This document shows positions 8,787 through 17,998 of a stretch of DNA of 32,000 bases, in pieces (within the stretch, counting starts at the first letter, position 1; every line of letters starts with the position of its first letter). A program made the position numbers and the translations under genes. Under the pieces are notes generated by a model, which worked only from the letters and a program-made list of their open reading frames with translations, did not search any database and had not been told where the DNA came from. The DNA comes from Candidatus Heimdallarchaeota archaeon (GTDB lineage Archaea > Asgardarchaeota > Heimdallarchaeia > Heimdallarchaeales > Heimdallarchaeaceae): contig DAOVER010000001.1 of the NCBI GenBank assembly GCA_030668875.1, positions 84,486 to 116,485 on the forward strand, written 5' to 3'.

Positions 8787-9374
8787 TTACTGCTTATCTG
8801 TGATTTCTCCTTGATTGTTCAGTCGCGCTTTCTCAATTTCCTCTTTTTGCATCATTCCTTCACAACGAGGGAGATAGAATTGATCACATTCTCTACAAAC
8901 CTTCTCATTCCTTCTACTTCGCAATCTCATAAAATATGCTCGACTCACAATATAGATTAACATCGTTATTATTATAATCATGAGAGTCCAAATATCGAAC
9001 CCACCAATAAGCTCAACAATTGCAAGGATAATTGTTACAATCATGTTTATCATAGCAATACCAAGTAATAATCTGCAAAAGTCTTTAAGGATACGTGGAG
9101 GGTTGATTAACACGCTTAAAGGTGTAAAAATGTAGAGTATATTTGTAGTAATAAATGCTATCAAGGAATCTATTTTCAGAACAAAAATAGCGATGGGGGC
9201 AAGGATAAGGCCTACAATTAAACCTATATAGAGATTAAAACACCCCCTGCATACTTTGTAGCCTTTAATATGATAAACATGCTCAGAAAATTTCTCACAC
9301 AAAGGGTGATGTGCCAATCTATATGGATAAAGAGCCCATTTTTTTTTCACTTGCTCTTTCTTTTCTTGTATCAA
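8787..9374 (-). CDS. Membrane protein with His/Cys metal-binding motif (DUF2085-like)
   Basis: LAHHPLC...HVY...VCRGCFNLYIG followed by four TM segments and CRECDQFYLPRC. TTG start. Confidence 0.6.
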   Translation of the reverse strand: MIQEKKEQVKKKWALYPYRLAHHPLCEKFSEHVYHIKGYKVCRGCFNLYIGLIVGLILAPIAIFVLKIDSLIAFITTNILYIFTPLSVLINPPRILKDFCRLLLGIAMINMIVTIILAIVELIGGFDIWTLMIIIITMLIYIVSRAYFMRLRSRRNEKVCRECDQFYLPRCEGMMQKEEIEKARLNNQGEITDKQ

Positions 9375-9458
9375 AAGCTTGGCCTACCAATGATTATTCA
9401 GAGTGTATAGTATAAGAAATACAAATTAGAAAATAAATCATTCTAATCTATATGAAGT

Positions 9459-10676
9459 TTACTTTTTTATGATTTCATTATATACCTTTAGCAATTTCTT
9501 ACCTACAATAGAATGGTCATAATTCTTAAGAGCGTGTTGTTGTGATTTAAAAGCAGTCTGTTGGCTCTTCTCCTTGTCATTAATTATTTCAATTATTTTC
9601 TCAACGAGAACTTCTTCTTTCTCTGGAGGATACAACCATCCACATTTTGGAGGTAACATCTCATTCATTGGAGGTTTGTCAGCTGCAACTATTGGTAAAC
9701 CTGAAGCTAAAGCTTCAATTATGGAAATTCCAAAGCTTCCTTCTTTTCCAGGATAAAGAAGTATATCACATATGTGATATGCAAGTATCAACTCATCATT
9801 ATCTATGTAACCTGTAAAACAAACATAATCGTCAATATTATAGTTGACAATTTTTCCTTTCAATTTCTGTAATAATGGTCCTTCCCCTATCACTAAAAAT
9901 TGGATCTTAGAATGTTGTTTTATGATTTCTGGAAAATAATCAACGACTTCAAGTTGCTGTTTTCTTGCGATGAAAGGTCCCTGTAACAAGATATTTACAT
10001 TGCTAGTATCTATGCTATATTTGTCAATGAAAGCTTCCTTATCCTCTATTCTAGGTATTTGTGAATATTTTTTGCAATCTAAAGAAGTTTGAACAATTTT
10101 CACTTTTTCTTTTGCTTTCTTTGGCATACGTTTGATTTTGTCTAGTAATGAGAGGGAATGTGTAACTATGTAATCACATTGCGCTACAGTTTTTCTCAAG
10201 AGTCTGGAATACGGACGTTTAACAAATAACCTCGATTTCAAATTACCTGTTGTTACTGCACCATGGACAGATATTATTAATGGAACCGATAATACTCTCT
10301 TTCTTTTAGCTTTTGCAAAGAAATATGCTGATACTTCAGTTGAATGAATTAAAGAAAATTTTGTGTCAACACTGAGTTCTTCATAAATCTCATAAGCTTG
10401 CTTAGAAAACCTACGATGATTTCGGGCGTAAAAATGGGTTTGAGTGCTATAAGCTCCCTTTGCAGAAATCTGTGGGGGAAGATAGTAAAAGTGGACATTC
10501 TCTCTTTCGAGTAACTCATCATCTTCTGGAAGTTCAGTTGTTGTTACTACATGGATGTCAACATTTAGATTAACAAGAGCCTGAACTATAGAATATGAAT
10601 ACCTACGAAGACCAGCCATAGGACCTACAAAAGGTGGTCCTATCTCTATCGTAGGAATAAAGATAGAGGAATCCAT
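9459..10676 (-). CDS. Glycosyltransferase family 4 (GT-B)
   Basis: LIISVHG, RKQQ, FLVIGEGP, VCFTGYI, CDILLYP..EGSFGISIIEALASGLPIVA. Confidence 0.92.
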   Translation of the reverse strand: MDSSIFIPTIEIGPPFVGPMAGLRRYSYSIVQALVNLNVDIHVVTTTELPEDDELLERENVHFYYLPPQISAKGAYSTQTHFYARNHRRFSKQAYEIYEELSVDTKFSLIHSTEVSAYFFAKAKRKRVLSVPLIISVHGAVTTGNLKSRLFVKRPYSRLLRKTVAQCDYIVTHSLSLLDKIKRMPKKAKEKVKIVQTSLDCKKYSQIPRIEDKEAFIDKYSIDTSNVNILLQGPFIARKQQLEVVDYFPEIIKQHSKIQFLVIGEGPLLQKLKGKIVNYNIDDYVCFTGYIDNDELILAYHICDILLYPGKEGSFGISIIEALASGLPIVAADKPPMNEMLPPKCGWLYPPEKEEVLVEKIIEIINDKEKSQQTAFKSQQHALKNYDHSIVGKKLLKVYNEIIKK

Positions 10677-10779
10677 ATGTAAAAAACTAATATCAGTAAA
10701 AAAGCGTTTTGGTTAATCTTTTACTCAATTTGTTGTACTTTGAGAAGAAATAATAACACATGTGTGAGTATAACTTGTA

Positions 10780-11550
10780 ATGAACAAAATAGAAGAGTCG
10801 ATTTATGATCTCATTTTGGAGACAGGGCTTTCATCAAACAATCTAATATTTCTTAGGGAAAACATCGAAAATATATCAAAAGGATTTATAGTTGATATTT
10901 TGGCAGAAAATGTTAATATTTACACTAATTTTAATCTCCTTATTGAATTTCTCCCTATCATTTGGGAAGAAAACAGTAACCCCAGCAAACATCTTCTAAA
11001 TTATTTAGGAGGAATTGTTCATAGATTGTTTTACCTTGCACGTGAATATCCTTTAGGAAAGAAAATTCCGGATTATCTAAAAATCGAAATTGAGGACATT
11101 CACCAAGGCTTACATGAATGTCAACAGATATGTAAATATCAAGAAATCAATGGAAATGAATTTTCAATTGAAAAAATAGATTCCTTTGATGACTTAGTAG
11201 ATATTCTCTCGATTTACCCAAGATATCCCAGTAAACTATTTGAGATGTTTCAGATAGTGGCAAATTTGTTTTATCAATTTACTCTAAATCCCAATCAGGA
11301 AATAAGAAATCTTGATGAACTAGGTCTTTTTCTTTCAAGATGTTTAATTTTATGGAGATTACAGAGTATGAAGGATAAGGAATTAATTGCTTGTTTCGAA
11401 GGGGCTGAAAAAAAATACAAATTAATGTTAGATTCAGATGAACTAGAAAATATCTTAGCTCTTGAATTGCAAAATTACCAGTTTTTACAACTTGGCATAG
11501 ATCGTTTTCTTGTGAAAACCATTGTAAAAACATTTGAAAAGATGAGATGA
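10780..11550 (+). CDS. Hypothetical alpha-helical protein (256 aa)
   Basis: Long ORF divergent from the GT4 gene. No family recognised. Confidence 0.65.
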   Translation: MNKIEESIYDLILETGLSSNNLIFLRENIENISKGFIVDILAENVNIYTNFNLLIEFLPIIWEENSNPSKHLLNYLGGIVHRLFYLAREYPLGKKIPDYLKIEIEDIHQGLHECQQICKYQEINGNEFSIEKIDSFDDLVDILSIYPRYPSKLFEMFQIVANLFYQFTLNPNQEIRNLDELGLFLSRCLILWRLQSMKDKELIACFEGAEKKYKLMLDSDELENILALELQNYQFLQLGIDRFLVKTIVKTFEKMR

Positions 11551-11565
11551 CTGCTTATTCCTATC

Positions 11566-12015
11566 TTATTTATTATCCGCCTTCTTGAGAACATAGGACT
11601 TTAATTCATCAGATATTTTTGAAGCCCTTTTGAATTCAGGAGCTAGATAATTAAGCAAACTTCGTGGTAGTTCTTTTCTTTCAAAGATGTTCTTTAAAAC
11701 TACATCCAGTACTTCTGGTTTTAAGTTTGGATTATGCAACATTTCTTTTACTGTTAAAATCTTCATACTCGAAGGTATATTGTCTTCTAACAAGGTAATT
11801 GAAGACCATGCTTTGATCGTTGCATATACGCCCATGTCTGGTGTAATGATATCCAGAGCCATGCGAAATCGCCATTTCTTAACTTCAATAGGTGCTTCAT
11901 CAATTGCTATTGCTTGTCCTAATCTCATGGCGTTTACTTGATTTGGTGTTAAAGAATAATTCTCTAACAATTGATGGATTGAGTTACTATCGAAGGAGCT
12001 AACCTCTTTGACCAC
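11566..12015 (-). CDS. Hypothetical protein (149 aa)
   Basis: GTG start with upstream aggggatt RBS-like motif. No family recognised. Confidence 0.6.
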   Translation of the reverse strand: MVKEVSSFDSNSIHQLLENYSLTPNQVNAMRLGQAIAIDEAPIEVKKWRFRMALDIITPDMGVYATIKAWSSITLLEDNIPSSMKILTVKEMLHNPNLKPEVLDVVLKNIFERKELPRSLLNYLAPEFKRASKISDELKSYVLKKADNK

Positions 12016-12311
12016 TTTAATCCCCTATTTATTGAATAATTCAATGTTTAACACGAATTTCTTCCTGTTTTCATATGTCCTTTTTAATTATATATATGTA
12101 TCTCTTTGCGGGCTTAGAACACTAATATTCGAGAAAAATAGAGAACTTCCTTCTAAAAACCCTACTTGTTGTTAAGATGACTTTCATGTGAAGGTTATAT
12201 TGAAAAAAAGAGCTATAACCTTTTTGTAAGGTTGTTTAAACATTTTATCATATATTTTTTCTGAAGTTTGTTCTAGATTGGACAGATTTCGAATGACACG
12301 TTCTGAAGTAT

Positions 12312-12354
12312 GAAAAAACAAAAGTGTAAGACCGGGAAGGTCCAACCTTACACT
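12312..12354 (-). terminator. Hairpin plus U-tract downstream of the amidohydrolase gene
   Basis: agtgtaa (12323-12329) / ttacact (12348-12354) outer stem with inner gacc/ggtc stem, followed on the minus strand by tttgttttttc. Confidence 0.55.
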
Positions 12355-12358
12355 GCTT

Positions 12359-13549
12359 TTATTTATTTACAAATAAATAGTAAAAACCAAGCAAAGTGTA
12401 TATTGCCGTACCTTTCCAAAGTACTTCTTCATCAACATTGAATTTTGGATGGTGATGAGGATGTATTATGCCTTTATCTTCATTGTATAAGCCTAAGGCT
12501 ATGAAAGCTCCTTTTGTTTTGTTTAGATAGAATGCGAAATCTTCTCCACCCATGGTTAAATCTACTTCCTGTACTTCGTCCAAAGGTTTCAAGATCTCTA
12601 TAGCCTCTTCAACGCTTTCCTTGTGGTTTATTGTTGCCGGATAAAAGATACCACCAATCTCAAATTCTGCTTTCCCTTCACATCTCCATGCATGACTATA
12701 ACCTTCTACAATCTCTGTTATACGTTTAATAATGAATTCTCTTATTTCATTGTTAAATGTACGAAATGTCCCCTCCATATGAGCTTCAGAAGGAATAATG
12801 TTATGTGCATCGCTCCCTGAAATCATAGGAATCGATATAACAGCTTTTTCTAACGGATCTATCTCTCTGCTAACGATTTTTTGTATGGCATTATAGATGT
12901 CAACTACTACTGCAGTTGGATCGAAAGTTTGATGAGGTGCAGCAGCATGACCCCCCTTACCTTTGACAGCAATTTTGAATTGATCAGCTGATGCAAGAAA
13001 AGGACCAACACGTGTTCCAATTACTCCTGCATCTAAATCTCTCCATATATGAATACCAAAGATAGAATCGACATCATCTAAATGCCCCTCTTCCACTATT
13101 TTTGCAGCTCCTCCTCCCCCTTCTTCTGCTGGTTGAAAGATGAGCTTAACCTTTCCATTTATTTTATCTTTGTTCTCATAAAGGATTTTAGCTGCACCCA
13201 ATAACATTGCTATATGAGTATCATGACCACATGCATGCATCTTTCCAGGGATTTTACTTTTATAAGGGACATCATTTTCCTCTTGAATATCCAAGGCATC
13301 AGTATCTGCTCGAAGAGCAACTGTTTTTCCATCATTTGCACCATCAAGAACTGCAATAACTCCAGTCTTTGCAGTTCTTATTGTTTCATAACCAATGCTA
13401 TGTAACTCTGCTTCGATAAATTGAGCTGTTTTTTCTTCCTCAAATTTTGTTTCAGGATGCATATGGATATGTCTTCTAGTATCGATGACATATTGTTCTA
13501 TTGATTTTGATTTATCAATTATTTTCTGTTTGAATTCAATAAGATCCAT
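12359..13549 (-). CDS. M20D family amidohydrolase/carboxypeptidase
   Basis: HMHPETKFEE, ALRADTDAL, MHACGHDTH, IFQPAEEGGGGA, GKGGHAAAPH, GGEDFAFY, HHHPKFNVDE. Start placed at MDLIEF (13549); the ORF track extends to 13594. Confidence 0.93.
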   Translation of the reverse strand: MDLIEFKQKIIDKSKSIEQYVIDTRRHIHMHPETKFEEEKTAQFIEAELHSIGYETIRTAKTGVIAVLDGANDGKTVALRADTDALDIQEENDVPYKSKIPGKMHACGHDTHIAMLLGAAKILYENKDKINGKVKLIFQPAEEGGGGAAKIVEEGHLDDVDSIFGIHIWRDLDAGVIGTRVGPFLASADQFKIAVKGKGGHAAAPHQTFDPTAVVVDIYNAIQKIVSREIDPLEKAVISIPMISGSDAHNIIPSEAHMEGTFRTFNNEIREFIIKRITEIVEGYSHAWRCEGKAEFEIGGIFYPATINHKESVEEAIEILKPLDEVQEVDLTMGGEDFAFYLNKTKGAFIALGLYNEDKGIIHPHHHPKFNVDEEVLWKGTAIYTLLGFYYLFVNK

Positions 13550-13751
13550 GAGAGCGTTCAGTGAACAGAATATTTCTACTTTTCTATAATTCAATGATGA
13601 ATAAATTGTTTACAAATGTGTGGAATTACAATTCCAAAAAAACATATGCGCGCCCTTTGAAAGTTGAAATTACTCCAACCAGAGCACATAACGTTTATAA
13701 AACTCTTATAGCATAGTCGTTTGAATTTAGATAAAAAAAGAGACGTAACGA

Positions 13752-13775
13752 TATTGTACCTTATTTGGTACAATA
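13752..13775. promoter_or_regulatory. Perfect 9-6-9 palindrome TATTGTACC-N6-GGTACAATA, putative operator
   Basis: Seen directly; ends 26 nt before the ATG at 13802, in the divergent intergenic region. Confidence 0.6.
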
Positions 13776-13801
13776 AATGATGCCTCTTTGGAGTAAAGAA
13801 A

Positions 13802-15103
13802 ATGAGTAATAATGAATACGATGTAGTAATTGTTGGAGCAGGCTGTGCTGGACCTGCAGCTGCCAAGAAAGCAGCTGAATTAGGACTCAAAGTTATTCTT
13901 TTTGAGAAATCACAAGTTCCAGGAGAAAAGAATGTTTCAGGAACATGTTTGAATGGAGCTGCTCTCGTGGACCCTGATTTACATTACCTAATGGAAGGAC
14001 CTGTCGAAAGAGAAATTCGTGAAATGCGAACCTATCATATAAACAAAGATAGAACTACAGTTTTTCATGAAATACCATCAGAAGGTCTTCTACTTCTATC
14101 TATAAGAAGAGATCATTATGATGCTTGGCATGTTGAAGAAGCTAAGAAAGCTGGAGCAGAAGTAAGATTGTCAACCACAATTTTAGACATAATCGAAGAA
14201 GATGGATATGTTAAGGGTGTTGTCACAGATACAGGAGAAAAATTCTATGGCAAAGTGGTAATCGATGCTGCTGGAGTTAACTCTATAGTAGGAAGAAAAG
14301 CTGGTCTAATCCCCAAAAGAAAAGGAACCAATATGATTCTTTATGTGACAGTGTGTGTCGAACTAGGTGAAGAAGTTATTAATGAAAGATTTGGTGATTG
14401 TATTGAATACTACCTATCGCCAGGAATTCAACATAAAACTTGGCCATGGATTTTTCCAAAGAAAGACACCGTTACCTTAGGAACCGGTGGGTACATGGAT
14501 GAGAATCTTTTGAACGATGAATTTCCAAATATCAATAAATATATGGAAAACTATCTGAATCTACCAGCTGTAAAGAAAAAATTGGAAGGTGGAAAGATTG
14601 TTGCTTGGGGACTTCACCTTGAATACGATGAAAAAATTAAACAAAGAGTGAAAAATGGTTTAATTCTAACTGGAGAAGCAGGAGGATTTGTTATTCCGTT
14701 TCTAGGAGAGGGAATGGTTGAAGCATATTTTACTGGAATTTATGCTGCTCAAGCAGCTGCAAACGCTATAGAAACAAATGATTTTTCAAAAGAGAAACTT
14801 GCAGAAACTTATGAAACATTGATAAGTGAAAACTTATTCATGCAAACCTTTAGACACATTGCTGCGGTTAATAAAGAAGCTATATTGACTAAAACTGATG
14901 AAGAAATAACCCAAATGATGCAACAAGTAATCATGGGTGGCGGTTTCATCTCAAACGCAGTCCATACTAATTGGATGAACGGTGTCGAAGACCAAGATAT
15001 GGAACGAATTCAAGATGCTTATGACTTCTTAGAATTGATGAAACCATATGCTCAGGTAGATCCATATTTTGAGAATTTGTACAATGAGAGGAAAAGAAAA
15101 TGA
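13802..15103 (+). CDS. FAD-dependent oxidoreductase, geranylgeranyl reductase/FixC family
   Basis: YDVVIVGAGCAG, EKSQVPGEKNVSG, IDAAGVNS, WPWIFPK, LTGEAGGFVIPFLGEGM. Confidence 0.88.
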   Translation: MSNNEYDVVIVGAGCAGPAAAKKAAELGLKVILFEKSQVPGEKNVSGTCLNGAALVDPDLHYLMEGPVEREIREMRTYHINKDRTTVFHEIPSEGLLLLSIRRDHYDAWHVEEAKKAGAEVRLSTTILDIIEEDGYVKGVVTDTGEKFYGKVVIDAAGVNSIVGRKAGLIPKRKGTNMILYVTVCVELGEEVINERFGDCIEYYLSPGIQHKTWPWIFPKKDTVTLGTGGYMDENLLNDEFPNINKYMENYLNLPAVKKKLEGGKIVAWGLHLEYDEKIKQRVKNGLILTGEAGGFVIPFLGEGMVEAYFTGIYAAQAAANAIETNDFSKEKLAETYETLISENLFMQTFRHIAAVNKEAILTKTDEEITQMMQQVIMGGGFISNAVHTNWMNGVEDQDMERIQDAYDFLELMKPYAQVDPYFENLYNERKRK

Positions 15104-15360
15104 AGTTCGAAATAAAAGTGGAGTATTATCCTGGAGACACTGGAGAATTTATCAAAGTTATTGAAGAGAATTGTACTGGTTGCGGTGATTGTGCTAAATT
15201 CTGTACAAGAGATGTTTGGCAACCCGATGGTGCAATCTATCGACCAGTAAATTTGAAAGATTGTGTTGAGTGTGGAGCTTGTTGGAATGTCTGTGAATTT
15301 GATGCAGTCATTTTCAATGAACCTAAAGGTGGAACAGGTGTAAGATTTGAATACGGATAA
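15100..15360 (+). CDS. 2x[4Fe-4S] ferredoxin (FixX-like position)
   Basis: CTGCGDCAKFC and CVECGACWNVC. ATGA overlap with the upstream gene. Confidence 0.9.
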   Translation: MKFEIKVEYYPGDTGEFIKVIEENCTGCGDCAKFCTRDVWQPDGAIYRPVNLKDCVECGACWNVCEFDAVIFNEPKGGTGVRFEYG

Positions 15361-15373
15361 AGGAGATAAGAAA

Positions 15374-15715
15374 ATGTCATCTGATGAAGAATTTCTCGAG
15401 TTGTTAAAAAAACAGGCAGAAAAATACACTGATCCAAAAGTTGCTAGACACTTTAAGGGTTGGAATAAAACACTACAGTACCACTTTACAGATATTGATG
15501 AATATTATGTAATTGAGCTTATTGATGGTGTTCCACAACCTCTTGAAGAGAAAAAACTAGACGATCCAACTATTATGTATTCGATGAGCGTTGAAACATT
15601 TGTAGCTTTAAACAAAGGTGAAGTTTCTGGCTTTAAACTTTATCAACAGAAAAAGCTCAAAGTCAAAGCAACAATGCCAGAGATGTTGAAATTACAGAAA
15701 CTAGATAAACTCTAG
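15374..15715 (+). CDS. SCP2 sterol/lipid carrier domain protein
   Basis: TLQYHFTD...DPTIMYSMSVETFVALNKGEVSGFKLYQQKKLKVKATMPEMLKLQKL matches the SCP2 pattern. AGGAG at 15361-15365 supports the start at 15374. Confidence 0.8.
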   Translation: MSSDEEFLELLKKQAEKYTDPKVARHFKGWNKTLQYHFTDIDEYYVIELIDGVPQPLEEKKLDDPTIMYSMSVETFVALNKGEVSGFKLYQQKKLKVKATMPEMLKLQKLDKL

Positions 15716-15790
15716 TTCTTCTCTTTTCTTTACAATTATTGTTAAATGAGAATTTTTAAGTGCAATAAATTGAAGGTTATTTTGAATAAC

Positions 15791-17941
15791 ATGCCTGAGT
15801 TACGTGGAGTAGTCAACGGAATGGATTGCGCAAATTGCGTAGCCAAGGTACGAAAAAATTTAGAGAATACTCTAGGTATCGAAGATGTTAAACTTAATCT
15901 TGTATCAACAAAGCTAATTGTTGAATATAACAGTGAACATACTTCCGAGAAAGATATTATTAAAATCATCAAGAAGGCAGGTTATGGATTTGATCACTCA
16001 TATGTGCAGAAATCATTCTTTAATCTCAAACACAACAAAAACTTGATTTTCTTCCTAGTGGGAGCAGTTTTTTTAGTGTCAGCATTAATAATCGATTCTC
16101 TAAATGTACAACATCATCACCCACTGTTCTATATCCCTGTAATTGTTGTAGGAGGAATACCAGTTTATACAAAAGCATTGAACTCTCTCAGAGCTAAAAC
16201 ATTTGATATAGATTTACTAATGGTGGTTGCTATAATTGGTGCAATTATTATCGATCATTGGGAAGAAGCAGCAGAAATAATCGTTTTATTTACTTTAGCT
16301 GAATTATTAGAAGCTTTTTCAATGGATAAGGCAAGGCAATCAATACGCTCTTTAATGGATTTGACTCCTCCAACAGCAACAAGACTGATAAAAGGTAAAA
16401 AGCATGAAATTGTTCCCTTAGAAGATTTAATTGTAGGAGATCGTGTGAGTGTTAAACCTGGGGGCAAAATACCAATAGATGGCAAAATAGATTGGGGCAA
16501 TAGTAATGTTGATCAGAGTCCAATCACTGGAGAATCCACACCGATTGTCAAAGCTGTGGGAGATCAAGTTTTTTCTGGTTCGATAAATCTCGATGGTTAT
16601 ATTATTATAAGAGTTACACAAATGTCGCAAGAATCCACAGTTGCTCGAATAAGACAGCTCATTGAAGAAGCAGAACAACAGAAATCAAAAAGAGAATTGT
16701 TTATCCAGAAATTCGCAAAATATTATACCCCTGTCATGGTTAGTATTGCATTGTTAGTTTTCCTTGTACCAGGAGTATTTCTAAATATTCCAATAGATTC
16801 AGAAATTCTTCAAGATTGGTTATATCAAAGCTTGGTTATCTTGGTTATATCATGCCCCTGTGCGCTAGTTCTTTCAACTCCTATCACTGTAGTTACTGCA
16901 ATAACCCGTGCATCTAAACGCGGTGTATTAATCAAAGGTGGAAAATTTCTAGAAGCAATTTCTGATGTTGATACAGTTGTTATGGATAAAACCGGTACTT
17001 TGTCCACAGGAAAATTGCGTGTCTATAAAATAGAAGCTCTGGAAGGTTATTCAGAACAAGAAATAGTTGAAATTGCTTACGGTTTAGAATACCATTCAGA
17101 GCATAAAATTGCTCAAGCAGTAATTAACCTTGGGGAAAGGAACAATTCCAGATTGTTGGGTTATAAAGATGTCAAAATTCTTCCTGGAATGGGTATTAAA
17201 GGTACAAGAAAAGGCACAAATTACTATCTCGGAAATGAAACACTGGTCGATAAAGTTCTTACACTTAAATCATGCGATTTAGATTGCGAGGAATCAGAAA
17301 GCATCGTTAGCTATGTCTTAACTGATGAGAAAGTAATAGCACACATACATATGTCTGATGAACTGCGATTAGAAACAAAAATGTCTATTGAAGCTTTGAA
17401 AGACATGGGAATAACTAATATTGTAATGCTCACTGGAGATAATGAGGAAGTAGCTTCAAAAATCGCTAGTGAATTAGGGATTGATTATAGAGCAGAATTA
17501 CTTCCTGAAGATAAAATGCAATATGTCAAAGAGACAAAAGCGAACGATCAGTCAATTGTTATGATTGGAGATGGAATAAACGATGCTCCCGCTTTAGCTC
17601 TTTCTGATGTTGGAATTTCGATGGGTGTAGCTGGCACAGCAATTGCGATTGAAACCTCTGATATAGTGCTTGCTTCTGATGACTTGCTCAGTCTCCCATA
17701 TCTATTCAAACTTAGTAAGGAAACCAAAAGAGCGATTCGAATTAATATTTTTCTCTCACTCTTCATTAAATTGTCATTTTTTGTTTTAGTATTTTTAAGT
17801 GTTTCAAGTCCCCCAGTTGGAAGTTTCTTTGGAGATTCCTTACTATGGTTAGCTGTGCTAATAGGCGATCTTGGTGCTTCTCTGCTTGTTATTCTAAATG
17901 CAATGACTGTTGGGAAAAAGAAACATGAAAAAAATAGATAA
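15791..17941 (+). CDS. Heavy-metal P1B-type ATPase (P1B-2, Zn/Cd/Pb; ZntA/CadA-like)
   Basis: HMA domain GMDCANC, TGES, SCPCALVLS, DKTGT, HSEH, GDGINDAPAL; late-helix Lys (SLFIK) and Asp (GDLG) typical of P1B-2. Start at 15791 preferred over 15746. Confidence 0.93.
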   Translation: MPELRGVVNGMDCANCVAKVRKNLENTLGIEDVKLNLVSTKLIVEYNSEHTSEKDIIKIIKKAGYGFDHSYVQKSFFNLKHNKNLIFFLVGAVFLVSALIIDSLNVQHHHPLFYIPVIVVGGIPVYTKALNSLRAKTFDIDLLMVVAIIGAIIIDHWEEAAEIIVLFTLAELLEAFSMDKARQSIRSLMDLTPPTATRLIKGKKHEIVPLEDLIVGDRVSVKPGGKIPIDGKIDWGNSNVDQSPITGESTPIVKAVGDQVFSGSINLDGYIIIRVTQMSQESTVARIRQLIEEAEQQKSKRELFIQKFAKYYTPVMVSIALLVFLVPGVFLNIPIDSEILQDWLYQSLVILVISCPCALVLSTPITVVTAITRASKRGVLIKGGKFLEAISDVDTVVMDKTGTLSTGKLRVYKIEALEGYSEQEIVEIAYGLEYHSEHKIAQAVINLGERNNSRLLGYKDVKILPGMGIKGTRKGTNYYLGNETLVDKVLTLKSCDLDCEESESIVSYVLTDEKVIAHIHMSDELRLETKMSIEALKDMGITNIVMLTGDNEEVASKIASELGIDYRAELLPEDKMQYVKETKANDQSIVMIGDGINDAPALALSDVGISMGVAGTAIAIETSDIVLASDDLLSLPYLFKLSKETKRAIRINIFLSLFIKLSFFVLVFLSVSSPPVGSFFGDSLLWLAVLIGDLGASLLVILNAMTVGKKKHEKNR

Positions 17942-17998
17942 ATCGCCAAAGAACTAAATTAATAAACATCTCAACAGTAATAAGGTTGGATAGATCAC

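Noticed and set aside
13802-15360. Calling the reductase/ferredoxin pair fixC/fixX or the canonical DGGGPL reductase
   Set aside because: No fixAB in the window and the GGR substrate motif is altered; family-level call only.
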